64,000 nt of DNA from assembly GCA_002730095.1 (NCBI GenBank), contig PBZE01000044.1, forward strand, positions 2,904-66,903, read 5' to 3'. A program made the translations under genes and the position numbers. The number at the start of each line of letters is the position of its first letter. The first letter of the stretch is position 1. Below the pieces are notes generated by a model, which was not told where the DNA came from, made no database searches, and saw only the letters and a program-made list of their open reading frames with translations. Positions 8,640 through 16,702 of the stretch are shown piece by piece. The DNA is from Methanobacteriota archaeon (GTDB lineage: Archaea; Thermoplasmatota; Poseidoniia; Poseidoniales; Thalassarchaeaceae).

Positions 8640-10817
8640 TCAGTTGAAAACAATTGGTAGGAATGCGTTAGCCGCTTCCTCACAGGCATTGGCTACATCA
8701 TCCAGTCTCTGCAATACACGATACATGTGAACAGCAGCTAGGGCATCATCTCCGCCAGTTCTGAACACAAATCCTGCAGCGTTGCTTTCAACGAGATCAG
8801 CCTCATGTTCTGCAAGGTTAACCCCCTGGACATACTTCAGCAGTTCTTCCCGGCCTGTTTTAGTGTAGCCAGATAGAGTTAGATCACGTAGGTGGAGCAC
8901 GGTGTCCTCGTAGATTGCAACCGTCTTCTGGACTGCCTCTGCCATTTCCATGACCATTTGCCTTGCTTCATCATTATCGTAGAGCGGTCTGAAAGAGAGT
9001 TGCTCTGCAACATTCTGGGCATAGTCTGCGATTCTATCTTGTCTACCAAGCATGAATAGGAACTCATCAGAGTCAATCAGTAATTTCCATTCTCTGGAAC
9101 TGACCTTTTCTCTTAGGGCGTTCTTTAGGTTGTCCGCAGCCAACTCGGCATCTATTGTCGCCTGAATTTCTGCAGATGCATCTTCACCCTTTGTCGCCTT
9201 ATCTACAGCTGTCAACATGTGGTCAACAGTCACTTCTACAGCTTCTGCATGCTTGTGGAACAACTCGAATACAGTAGGTTGTTTTGTTCCATCTCCGCCA
9301 ACATCAGCCAACGCATCCTCGATAACTACCTCATCATCTCTAGTGACCCAGAGGACATATGCTACCGTAGCAAATGCGATCGGTAATACAACGATTAGAT
9401 TGATTGCAGTACTTCCCATGGCGACGTATAGGGTAACTGCTCCGAATCCAGCAGCAGGAAGACTGGCGACCCATGAGGCGAAAATCTTTCCAAATACTCT
9501 GAAATCTACATTTTTGGCTCCACCTGCTAGGCCAACCCCAACCACTGCTCCGACTAATGTGTGGGTTGTGGATACTGGGACCGCAAGGAATGGCATTGAG
9601 AATACTAGAATTGTAGTAGCTGCACCAAACTCTGCTGCGAATCCTCGTGTTGGAGTAATATCAGTAATTTTGTGGCCAATAGTTTCCATAACTCTCCAAC
9701 CCCATGTTACTACACCTATTGCTATACCAGCAGAACCAAGCAATACTAACCAAAGTGGAACGTCTACCTTTCCAGCCAACTCCCCTGGTGTTGAGTTTAG
9801 TAATTCGTAGACGGTAGCCATCGGCCCAATAGCATTGGATCGGTCATTTGCTCCGTGAGCGAATGCTACGTATGCAGCAGTAATAACTTGTAACCAAACG
9901 AAGATTCTCTCAACACCGTGGAATCCTTCTCCTTGGAATTCGTAATTCTTCAATACCCAATACAAAATCAATGAGCCGATAGTGCCGATGACTAGTGCGA
10001 GGAGTATTGAGTTGATAGGAATCCAAGCACCTTCGTACATGGCATTCAAACATTCATTGGTGATTACATCTGCATCAGCTGGGCAGTAAGGCGTAAATGG
10101 GTCAAATGAACCATTTTCTTTTACTGGTAGCCAATCATACTTATTTGCGACTATACCCTCTCTTTCAAGTCTAGCAATTAGGCCCTTTAGAGCCTTGAAT
10201 TGTAAAGCAATACCAAGTACAAAAAAGGTTGGAAGTGCCATAAGTGGGGCCATCCACCTACTTCTTTCAATAGGATTTGGAGCTTCTAAAATCGTAGCCC
10301 TGACAATGAAGAATGTAAAGAAAGCGAGCAAACCACCCATTAACGGACTTGCTACCCAAGACAAAACAACTTCAGTCAACTTTTCCCAATTGATAAGAGA
10401 TGCATCATATTGTACTTCGAGGACTAATCCGATTCCTACAATTCCTCCAATTATTGAGTGTGTAGTAGATACGGGCAATCCATATCTAGTTGCGATTGTA
10501 ATCCAAACCGCTGCCGCCATCATAGCCGCAATGAATCCGTACATCAGATCATTAGTGAAAGCCGCATTGAAGTAATCCGCCTCTGTATCAAAGTAGAGAA
10601 TTCCTTTCCTTACGGTGTCAGTAACGGCGTCTCCGGCAAAGAATGCACCCATGAATTCGAAGACTGCAGCAATAATCACCGCTTGCTTCAGAGTTAATGC
10701 TCTGGAACCAACAGAAGTCCCCATCGCATTCGCTACGTCATTCGCTCCAATGTTCCATGACATATAGGCACAAACAGCAGTTGCAAGAATCAGGACGAGC
10801 CACATTATCGGTTCCAT
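8640..10817 (-). CDS. PiT-family inorganic phosphate transporter fused to a C-terminal PhoU-like (DUF47) domain
   Basis: The N-terminal NIGANDVANAMGTSVGS and the second-half GANDRSNAIGP are duplicated PHO4/PiT signatures. The last ~210 aa, from TVFELFHKHAEAVE (about nt 8640-9280), are soluble and helical and resemble the DUF47/PhoU-like protein usually encoded as a separate gene next to pit. Confidence 0.85.
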   Translation of the reverse strand: MEPIMWLVLILATAVCAYMSWNIGANDVANAMGTSVGSRALTLKQAVIIAAVFEFMGAFFAGDAVTDTVRKGILYFDTEADYFNAAFTNDLMYGFIAAMMAAAVWITIATRYGLPVSTTHSIIGGIVGIGLVLEVQYDASLINWEKLTEVVLSWVASPLMGGLLAFFTFFIVRATILEAPNPIERSRWMAPLMALPTFFVLGIALQFKALKGLIARLEREGIVANKYDWLPVKENGSFDPFTPYCPADADVITNECLNAMYEGAWIPINSILLALVIGTIGSLILYWVLKNYEFQGEGFHGVERIFVWLQVITAAYVAFAHGANDRSNAIGPMATVYELLNSTPGELAGKVDVPLWLVLLGSAGIAIGVVTWGWRVMETIGHKITDITPTRGFAAEFGAATTILVFSMPFLAVPVSTTHTLVGAVVGVGLAGGAKNVDFRVFGKIFASWVASLPAAGFGAVTLYVAMGSTAINLIVVLPIAFATVAYVLWVTRDDEVVIEDALADVGGDGTKQPTVFELFHKHAEAVEVTVDHMLTAVDKATKGEDASAEIQATIDAELAADNLKNALREKVSSREWKLLIDSDEFLFMLGRQDRIADYAQNVAEQLSFRPLYDNDEARQMVMEMAEAVQKTVAIYEDTVLHLRDLTLSGYTKTGREELLKYVQGVNLAEHEADLVESNAAGFVFRTGGDDALAAVHMYRVLQRLDDVANACEEAANAFLPIVFN

Positions 10818-10941
10818 ATGGACTGAAGCGAAATATATCTAGTATATTGATTAAAAAATATATTGAATATATAGTTAGACCCATTTTCGCTCTACTGCTC
10901 TAAATAAAAAACTATTTATTTAATATCAATGGCCGCTAATC
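10818..10941. promoter_or_regulatory. AT-rich divergent promoter region between the PiT-DUF47 gene and the AbrB-PhoU regulator gene
   Basis: This is by eye the most AT-rich stretch I noticed. It has a direct repeat TATATTGA at 10843-10850 and 10859-10866, plus further TATA-like runs (TAAATAAAAAACTATTTATTTAATAT). It lies between two divergently transcribed phosphate-related genes. Confidence 0.5.
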
Positions 10942-11988
10942 GTGGCAGAAGGTAAGCCTCCAAAGTCAGAGATTAGGAAAATTCAACTCACTGGTGGGTC
11001 AACTTACATAGTCAGCCTTCCAAAGAAGTGGATCAGTGAACACGGCCTCGTTGCGAAGGATCAAGTCAGAGTTGAATGGCGACCTTCAGGTACACTACGG
11101 ATTGTTCCCGAGGCAACGTCATTAGTCAGAAGGAGATTGATTGAGTTAGACCTCAGCAAGATTCCAGATGAAATGGTCTATGACCACTTAGTTGGCTCAT
11201 ATCTGGCGGGCTCACAAGTAATAAAAATAAAATCTCAAAAAGGCTTCAATAGGAGTCTCAGGAAAACATTCAGAAAATTCATAAATTCCACCAGAGGGGT
11301 GGAGATATCCTCCGAGACGGAATTCAGCATAGAGATGATTAATCTTCTCAATCCCTCAGAAATGCCACTTTATTCCAGTTTGAATAGAATGTACCTCCTG
11401 ATTTCAAGTCAGATAAGAGATGTATTGGATGTTCTGTCAGGAGGGGACAAGGAAATCCTAGAGGATTGTCATGACAGAGAACAAGAGGTTGATGCAATAA
11501 GACTCCTCTTGGAGAGGCAGGTTGGCCAGATACTGGAGTCTGCCAGTATAGAAGACTCGCTGGGAACCTCAAGGTGGGAAGCCTCCGAGATTGGGAAAGT
11601 AGTCAGGTCATTGGAAAGGATGGGGGACCACTCATATGCACTATGCAAACTGTCCTTGAATAGGTCTGACGACTCCCCAATTTCAATAAACTCTGCACCC
11701 ATTTCGTCAATACAAACCTGGAAATCCTCCATGAAGCTTTTAATTTCAAATCTAAGGAGAAGAAAAATTTCAGAGATTCATTTGGCCAAAGGACAACTTA
11801 TTAGTGCTATAAAAGCCCTGGATGATTTCGAAATTAGCTTGGTTTCCTCTGAATTGGAATCTTCCGAAGTATTGTTTCTGGGTCGTGTTTCTGAATCAAT
11901 TAGAAGGATGTGTGCCTATTCAATAAACATGGGAGAAGAGCTTCTCAATATACAGTCACACAGGGACTCTATAGAAATTACAGAGTGA
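10942..11988 (+). CDS. Archaeal phosphate uptake regulator: N-terminal AbrB/SpoVT-like DNA-binding domain plus PhoU repeats
   Basis: IRKIQLTGGSTYIVSLPKKWISEHGL is the AbrB/SpoVT swapped-hairpin signature. The remainder has the helical PhoU-like repeats seen in archaeal PhoU homologs. GTG start. Confidence 0.8.
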   Translation: MAEGKPPKSEIRKIQLTGGSTYIVSLPKKWISEHGLVAKDQVRVEWRPSGTLRIVPEATSLVRRRLIELDLSKIPDEMVYDHLVGSYLAGSQVIKIKSQKGFNRSLRKTFRKFINSTRGVEISSETEFSIEMINLLNPSEMPLYSSLNRMYLLISSQIRDVLDVLSGGDKEILEDCHDREQEVDAIRLLLERQVGQILESASIEDSLGTSRWEASEIGKVVRSLERMGDHSYALCKLSLNRSDDSPISINSAPISSIQTWKSSMKLLISNLRRRKISEIHLAKGQLISAIKALDDFEISLVSSELESSEVLFLGRVSESIRRMCAYSINMGEELLNIQSHRDSIEITE

Positions 11989-12073
11989 ATGTATACGTGA
12001 TACTACTTCAGGCCTGTCTAGAAAATACATCAATGGCAGGTTCGGTTGAGAATCCCAAATGATGCACCCAATA

Positions 12074-12472
12074 TTAGGACCTCATGCGATCGAGGGGGAC
12101 AGCTATAGCAGGGAGGTAATCGCTGTATCTGTGCCTGCTGGTCTTGGGTGGATACAGTTTCCCCGATAGGGCCATTTCTACTACCTCCTGCTTCGTCAGT
12201 GTCTCCAAGTCGCTACCCGGCCAGATGTCCAGCTCGATTCCTTCGTCATCCAGATAGTCGACCTTGATGACTGGAAGGCGGAGCAAGCCGATCCTAAGCC
12301 CCACGTGGTATCTGTGGTGGCCATCGAGGATCGTTCCGGTGCGCCCATCCACCAGAAGGGGCTTGGTGTATGCGTTCCAACGGAGTGTTATGTCGTGCAA
12401 GGAGTCCACATTGCCGGGCTTGACCTCCTCATGGGGCTTCAGCCAGGAGATGGGTACCAGCTCGACTTCCAC
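12074..12472 (-). CDS. ParB/sulfiredoxin (ParB N-terminal-like) domain protein
   Basis: 132 aa. LKPHEE ... ILDGHHR matches the ParB/Srx fold core motif. There is no HTH or dimerisation domain. Confidence 0.6.
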   Translation of the reverse strand: MEVELVPISWLKPHEEVKPGNVDSLHDITLRWNAYTKPLLVDGRTGTILDGHHRYHVGLRIGLLRLPVIKVDYLDDEGIELDIWPGSDLETLTKQEVVEMALSGKLYPPKTSRHRYSDYLPAIAVPLDRMRS

Positions 12473-12527
12473 GAATGTCCTGAGGGGCGCTCGTTGAAAT
12501 CATTTCGCGTTGCTCACACCAGCTAAT

Positions 12528-14003
12528 TCATCCGATTATTCCGGAAACTGCCTCGGTCTGCGTCAGGTAGACCAAGAGCCCCAAACCAGCGAAGATCATC
12601 ATCCAAGAGCCAGTCGCCTTGACCACCCCGGTGGATCTCCTGAGGAAGCTAATCATCGCCTGCCGCCCCATTCCGACAAGTACCGTCACCATCACCATCA
12701 GCAAGGTCACAGAGAGGATCAATCCGCCGAGGCCAGCCACGAAGGCCCCCTCTCCGACAACCGCCAACCATGCCACGAACGGGAAAACCGCGGCGGCCGT
12801 ACAATCCACAGACGCGGCGGAGTAGCCTATTCCCCACAGGAACATGTTTCTCCGTGGTGTGAAAACCTCATCGGACTCAACCGTCTGGTACCTGTCCAAC
12901 CACCTCTGCACGAAAGACATCATCTCACTGGTCCAACCAAGAAGCATCAGGCTACCCAGTACCACGAGCAGGCATGCAATTCCGACAGCTATGGTATGGA
13001 AAGTCCCTGATAGGTTAACGACCTCACTCAACCCGAAGATGACTATCCCAACGGACACGAAAAACGTCAGTTGCCCGAGAGCGGCAAAGCTCCCAATCTC
13101 GAGTGAGCCCGGTATCCTCCCGCTTATCTTTCCCTCTGCATGCAACTCCTCCTCCCTCATCCCCAGGCTGAGGTAGTAGGTGATGTACGAAGGCAGGACC
13201 GGGAAGGCGCAAGGGGAAAAGTACACCAATACCCCTAGGAACAGTCCGATGACGAATACGCCCGTGACCGATCTGTCCGATTTCGCTATGCCTATCCTTA
13301 GGTTCTCCGCATCGCCCTCGTTGGCCTTCAGAACCGCGTTGTCAAAAGCCTTCCATCTGTCCAAGGGCGTCCCAGTGTTATCCTTCGCTACCACATATCC
13401 TTCATGGTCAATCACTAGGACCAATGGGAGAAGCTGAGCAGAGTAGTATTCGGCCATGTCGCCCCTCGATCCATTTTCCAGGATTATTGATTCGGTTCCG
13501 CCGTTCACTACAGTCCAATTCATGAATTTCTCAGAATCATAATCCCCGAATGTCGAATTTATCTGTGCGAAGGTTTCACCAAATCTGTACCAGGCCGCCA
13601 CTGAAACCACTACCACGGGATACTCTCCCTCGAGCTCGCTCCACTCAGCGATATTGTTCTCAATATGTTCTTGGACATAGTGACAGTTCGCACAATCTAT
13701 TGCCATGAAGTCCAGGATAACGACACTCCCTCTGAGGGAACTCAACTGTACAGTGCCGTTCTCATCGGCGATAATGCTGTCAATGCCGGTCCTGTTCATC
13801 GACTGAGCTTCAAAATCGTACACCTCATTGACGTCTCCAGAGACCCCGTATATCGAGGAGGTCATTCCGAAAAGGGATAGAGAGGAATATCCGATGACGC
13901 AGAAAAGCACGACTGCGACGCCGAAAGCCCTCCATGTGTCGCCCTCCCTGAGGATACTGAAATCAAGCCTCTGAGTTAGCGAGACTCCTTCTGGCTCACT
14001 CAT
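12528..14003 (-). CDS. Fusion of a TlpA-like thioredoxin domain and a CcdA/DsbD-type transmembrane thiol:disulfide electron transporter
   Basis: N-terminal TM anchor, then a thioredoxin-fold region with VVILDFMAIDCANCH (CxxC), then six or more TM helices with FSPCAFPVLPSY and a second membrane Cys (SVDCTAAAVFPF), as in CcdA. Confidence 0.8.
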   Translation of the reverse strand: MSEPEGVSLTQRLDFSILREGDTWRAFGVAVVLFCVIGYSSLSLFGMTSSIYGVSGDVNEVYDFEAQSMNRTGIDSIIADENGTVQLSSLRGSVVILDFMAIDCANCHYVQEHIENNIAEWSELEGEYPVVVVSVAAWYRFGETFAQINSTFGDYDSEKFMNWTVVNGGTESIILENGSRGDMAEYYSAQLLPLVLVIDHEGYVVAKDNTGTPLDRWKAFDNAVLKANEGDAENLRIGIAKSDRSVTGVFVIGLFLGVLVYFSPCAFPVLPSYITYYLSLGMREEELHAEGKISGRIPGSLEIGSFAALGQLTFFVSVGIVIFGLSEVVNLSGTFHTIAVGIACLLVVLGSLMLLGWTSEMMSFVQRWLDRYQTVESDEVFTPRRNMFLWGIGYSAASVDCTAAAVFPFVAWLAVVGEGAFVAGLGGLILSVTLLMVMVTVLVGMGRQAMISFLRRSTGVVKATGSWMMIFAGLGLLVYLTQTEAVSGIIG

Positions 14004-14158
14004 GCACTGTGAAGTGACGTGTTCTTTTTCATTACAGTGGGTGAATGTTTTCTCTTCGACAGAGAGTGAAATTTCGGTTTTTATCGGATTTTTATCATCA
14101 TGAAAGAAATGATTTCCGCCTCATCATCCTTATGCGTACAGCTCTTTTGCGAGATACG

Positions 14159-14234
14159 GGGCTCGTGGTCTAGGGGTTATGACGTCGCCTTCACATGGCG
14201 AAGATCGCAGGTTCAATTCCTGCCGAGCCCACCA
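14159..14234 (+). tRNA. tRNA-Val (anticodon CAC), CCA encoded
   Basis: Hand-folded cloverleaf. Acceptor GGGCTCG/CGAGCCC. Anticodon stem TCGCC/GGCGA with loop TTCACAT. T arm GCAGG-TTCAATT-CCTGC. Discriminator A followed by CCA. Confidence 0.9.
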
Positions 14235-14959
14235 TCGATCAGATCGTCCAACAGTGACGATGCGCCTATCCTAGCCTCATTCGGATCTCTGGTCGAAACC
14301 CCTTCTCCTTCCATTATTGAGAGCAGGCGTCGTGCGTCTCGCTTGTTTCTAATGCCACCTGAGATCTTCACTCCTTTCCTCTCGCCCATTGTCACGTGGT
14401 GTCTCTTCGCCTCCATGGAAAGTATTCTTGCATCCTCGTCGCTGCATGGTCCCCTTTTACCAGTACAAGTTTTTACGAAATCAGCTCCGGATGCCATTGC
14501 CATTCTGCAAACTGCTCGGATCGAGCGCTCGTCAAGAAGGGGCGTTTCAATGATGACCTTGAGCGTTTTCCCCTGGCATGATTCCTTCATGGATGAAAGC
14601 ATTAGAAGCTCTTCTTCCCCCACCGAAACCCCATCCTCTCTCGGTTCCAATACACAATCTATCTCATCGGCACCACTTTCTATCGCCTCCATAATCGCTT
14701 GGGAAATCTTCGACGGATCCCTCCACCCCCTTGGAAATCCGCCCACAACGGCAGCCACCCTAATGTTCTCCGATAATTTGCTTCTGACATACCTAACATG
14801 CTCAGAGAAAACGCAGACAGCAGCCGTACGATACTTTTCTGCCCTCAGACAAAGGGACGCTAGCTCCTCCTCGGACGCCCCTCTGTCCAGTAAGGTCAGA
14901 TCCAGTATGGAGACTATCTCGGAATCTTCCATAATTCCACTACCCATGAATTGACTCAA
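14213..14959 (-). CDS. deoC: Deoxyribose-phosphate aldolase
   Basis: ILDLTLLD, AAVCV, ADEIDCV, KVIIETPLL and GADFVKTCTGK (Schiff-base Lys region), plus VKISGGIR. The start is uncertain (14959, 14947 or 14932). The 3' end overlaps the tRNA-Val gene by 22 nt on the opposite strand. Confidence 0.85.
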   Translation of the reverse strand: MSQFMGSGIMEDSEIVSILDLTLLDRGASEEELASLCLRAEKYRTAAVCVFSEHVRYVRSKLSENIRVAAVVGGFPRGWRDPSKISQAIMEAIESGADEIDCVLEPREDGVSVGEEELLMLSSMKESCQGKTLKVIIETPLLDERSIRAVCRMAMASGADFVKTCTGKRGPCSDEDARILSMEAKRHHVTMGERKGVKISGGIRNKRDARRLLSIMEGEGVSTRDPNEARIGASSLLDDLIDGGLGRN

Positions 14960-16031
14960 ATCCCCTCATGAAGTCAACTAATGCCTCAACGCTCTCTAGT
15001 GGACATCCGTTGTACAGACTAGCCCTGATCCCTCCGACGCTCCTATGACCTTTCAGTCCACCAAAGCCCTTCTTATCGGCCTCCTCGAGGAACACACTCT
15101 CCATTTCTTGGTCTCGCAGCCTCCATGTCACGTTCATGTTGGATCGAGACCCAGGGTCGGCGTGAGGCACCCAGAATGAAGTCCTGTCCAACTCCCGATA
15201 TAGAAGGGACGCTTTGTGCATGTTCCTTTTTATCGCCCCTTCCAAGCCTCCATTTTCTTCTACCCATTCAAGGACCTTGTCCAGCACAAAAATACCAAAG
15301 GTGTTCGGCGTGTTGAACATAGATCCCTTGGAAATATGGGTCCTGTAGTCTAGCATTGTTGGAAGGTCGCCACCAATCCTGGAAACTGCCCAAGGTGAAA
15401 GGATGACAAGGGTGACCCCGCTCGGACCTAGATTCTTTTGAGCTCCAGCATATATCACATCATGTGCCGAGACATCTATCGGAGCCCCGCATATATCTGA
15501 ACTAGCGTCAACAACAAGCTTCACACCGCCAGTATCTGGAGTATGATGATATTGTGTGCCAAAAAGAGTATTGTTGGAAGTGTAGTGGACATAGTCAGAA
15601 CCATCCCTGACTTCGTATTCTCCGTTCCGGGGGACCGTCTTGAAACCACTCTCGCTACCATCCCAGATAGAAGCGCAGTCTCCTACCCTTCGCCCCTCCT
15701 TGAGTGCCTTCTGAGACCAACCTCCTGTGATCAGGAAATCCGCCTTACTCCCGTCATCGAGAAGATTCAGCGCAGTCATATAGAACTGTGTCGAGGCACC
15801 TCCTTGGAGAAAAAGAACGTGATAGTCATCAGGGACCGAGAGTATCCTTCTTACTCTATTCATCGCCGAGTCAATCACTTCTTGGAAGAAGGAGCTCCTA
15901 TGAGATACCTCTAGAAGGCCGAATCCACTTCCATTGAGATTAGCCATGGATGACGAGACAATATTCACCACTTCCAATGGGAGGACCGCAGGACCGGCCC
16001 CAAAGTTGTGTATGCGCCCGTGTCCGTCCAT
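14940..16031 (-). CDS. serC: Phosphoserine aminotransferase
   Basis: N-terminal NFGAGPAVLPLEV, YAGAQKNLGPSG (PLP Lys) and GGIRASLYN are typical SerC motifs. Confidence 0.9.
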   Translation of the reverse strand: MDGHGRIHNFGAGPAVLPLEVVNIVSSSMANLNGSGFGLLEVSHRSSFFQEVIDSAMNRVRRILSVPDDYHVLFLQGGASTQFYMTALNLLDDGSKADFLITGGWSQKALKEGRRVGDCASIWDGSESGFKTVPRNGEYEVRDGSDYVHYTSNNTLFGTQYHHTPDTGGVKLVVDASSDICGAPIDVSAHDVIYAGAQKNLGPSGVTLVILSPWAVSRIGGDLPTMLDYRTHISKGSMFNTPNTFGIFVLDKVLEWVEENGGLEGAIKRNMHKASLLYRELDRTSFWVPHADPGSRSNMNVTWRLRDQEMESVFLEEADKKGFGGLKGHRSVGGIRASLYNGCPLESVEALVDFMRGFESIHG

Positions 16032-16110
16032 GACACTACGTACGATATCCAGTCTTTCAGGTCATCGATTTCACGGCAGGGTTCTTTTCTGGAAGTCTGG
16101 ACGCAGGGGT

Positions 16111-16701
16111 ATGATTAGGGTAGGTCTCGTGATGCTTCAGGGAGCAAGGCATGCCCATATCAGCTCTCTAAATGAAGCATCAGAAGATTTAGGCTTGGAA
16201 ATTGAGATTTTTGAGATAAGGAAGCTAAGTCATCTAATTTCTTCGAATCCAGATGTCATAGTGCTGCCAGGGGGAGAATCCACGACTATGAGGAAAACAG
16301 GCCAGGATAAGTCATCGAATCTGATACCGGGAATCTTCGAATGGATTAGAGAAAACCCATCAAAGGCAGTTATGGGGACATGTGCCGGAGCGATACTTCT
16401 GGCCGATCCCCAGGATGGCAAACCCCCTCTGATCGGAGCGAAAGTAGATCGCAATGCATACGGCCCCCAGAATGAATCATTCCAAGGCATAGTCCACTCA
16501 ACTCTTTTGGATAGGGAGTTTCCAGGGATATTCATCAGGGCCCCGAAGTTCCTTTCATCGACTGACGAGGTCTGTGCGACTATAGGGGACGAAATCGTGG
16601 GAGTCAGGAACGGCAGAGTAATAGCACTAACTTTCCACCCCGAGTTGTCATTGGACAAGGGCTTCCATAAGTGGCTGCTAGAGAGTGCGAGTAGTGAATA
16701 A
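16111..16701 (+). CDS. pdxT: Pyridoxal 5'-phosphate synthase, glutaminase subunit
   Basis: IRVGLVMLQGA, VLPGGESTTM, GTCAGAILLA (catalytic Cys), VDRNAYGPQ and LTFHPELS. Trimmed to ATG 16111 because the upstream part of the ORF overlaps serC and has no PdxT similarity. Confidence 0.9.
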   Translation: MIRVGLVMLQGARHAHISSLNEASEDLGLEIEIFEIRKLSHLISSNPDVIVLPGGESTTMRKTGQDKSSNLIPGIFEWIRENPSKAVMGTCAGAILLADPQDGKPPLIGAKVDRNAYGPQNESFQGIVHSTLLDREFPGIFIRAPKFLSSTDEVCATIGDEIVGVRNGRVIALTFHPELSLDKGFHKWLLESASSE

Positions 16702-16702
16702 G

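Noticed and set aside
9217-10575. Plus-strand ORFs (197 aa and 126 aa) inside the PiT gene region
   Set aside because: They are antisense to a transporter with strong PiT signatures. Their composition is Thr/Ala/Pro-rich, as expected for reverse frames.
12510-13010. 166-aa plus-strand ORF
   Set aside because: It is antisense to the Trx-CcdA gene. The translation is His/Pro/Arg-rich and low-complexity.
14100-14954. 284-aa plus-strand ORF spanning tRNA-Val and the whole deoC region
   Set aside because: It runs through a tRNA gene and is antisense to a clear DeoC homolog. The translation is Ser-rich and low-complexity.
15934-16110. N-terminal 59-aa extension of the pdxT ORF
   Set aside because: It overlaps the 5' end of serC on the other strand and has no PdxT similarity. 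The canonical MIRVG start is at 16111.
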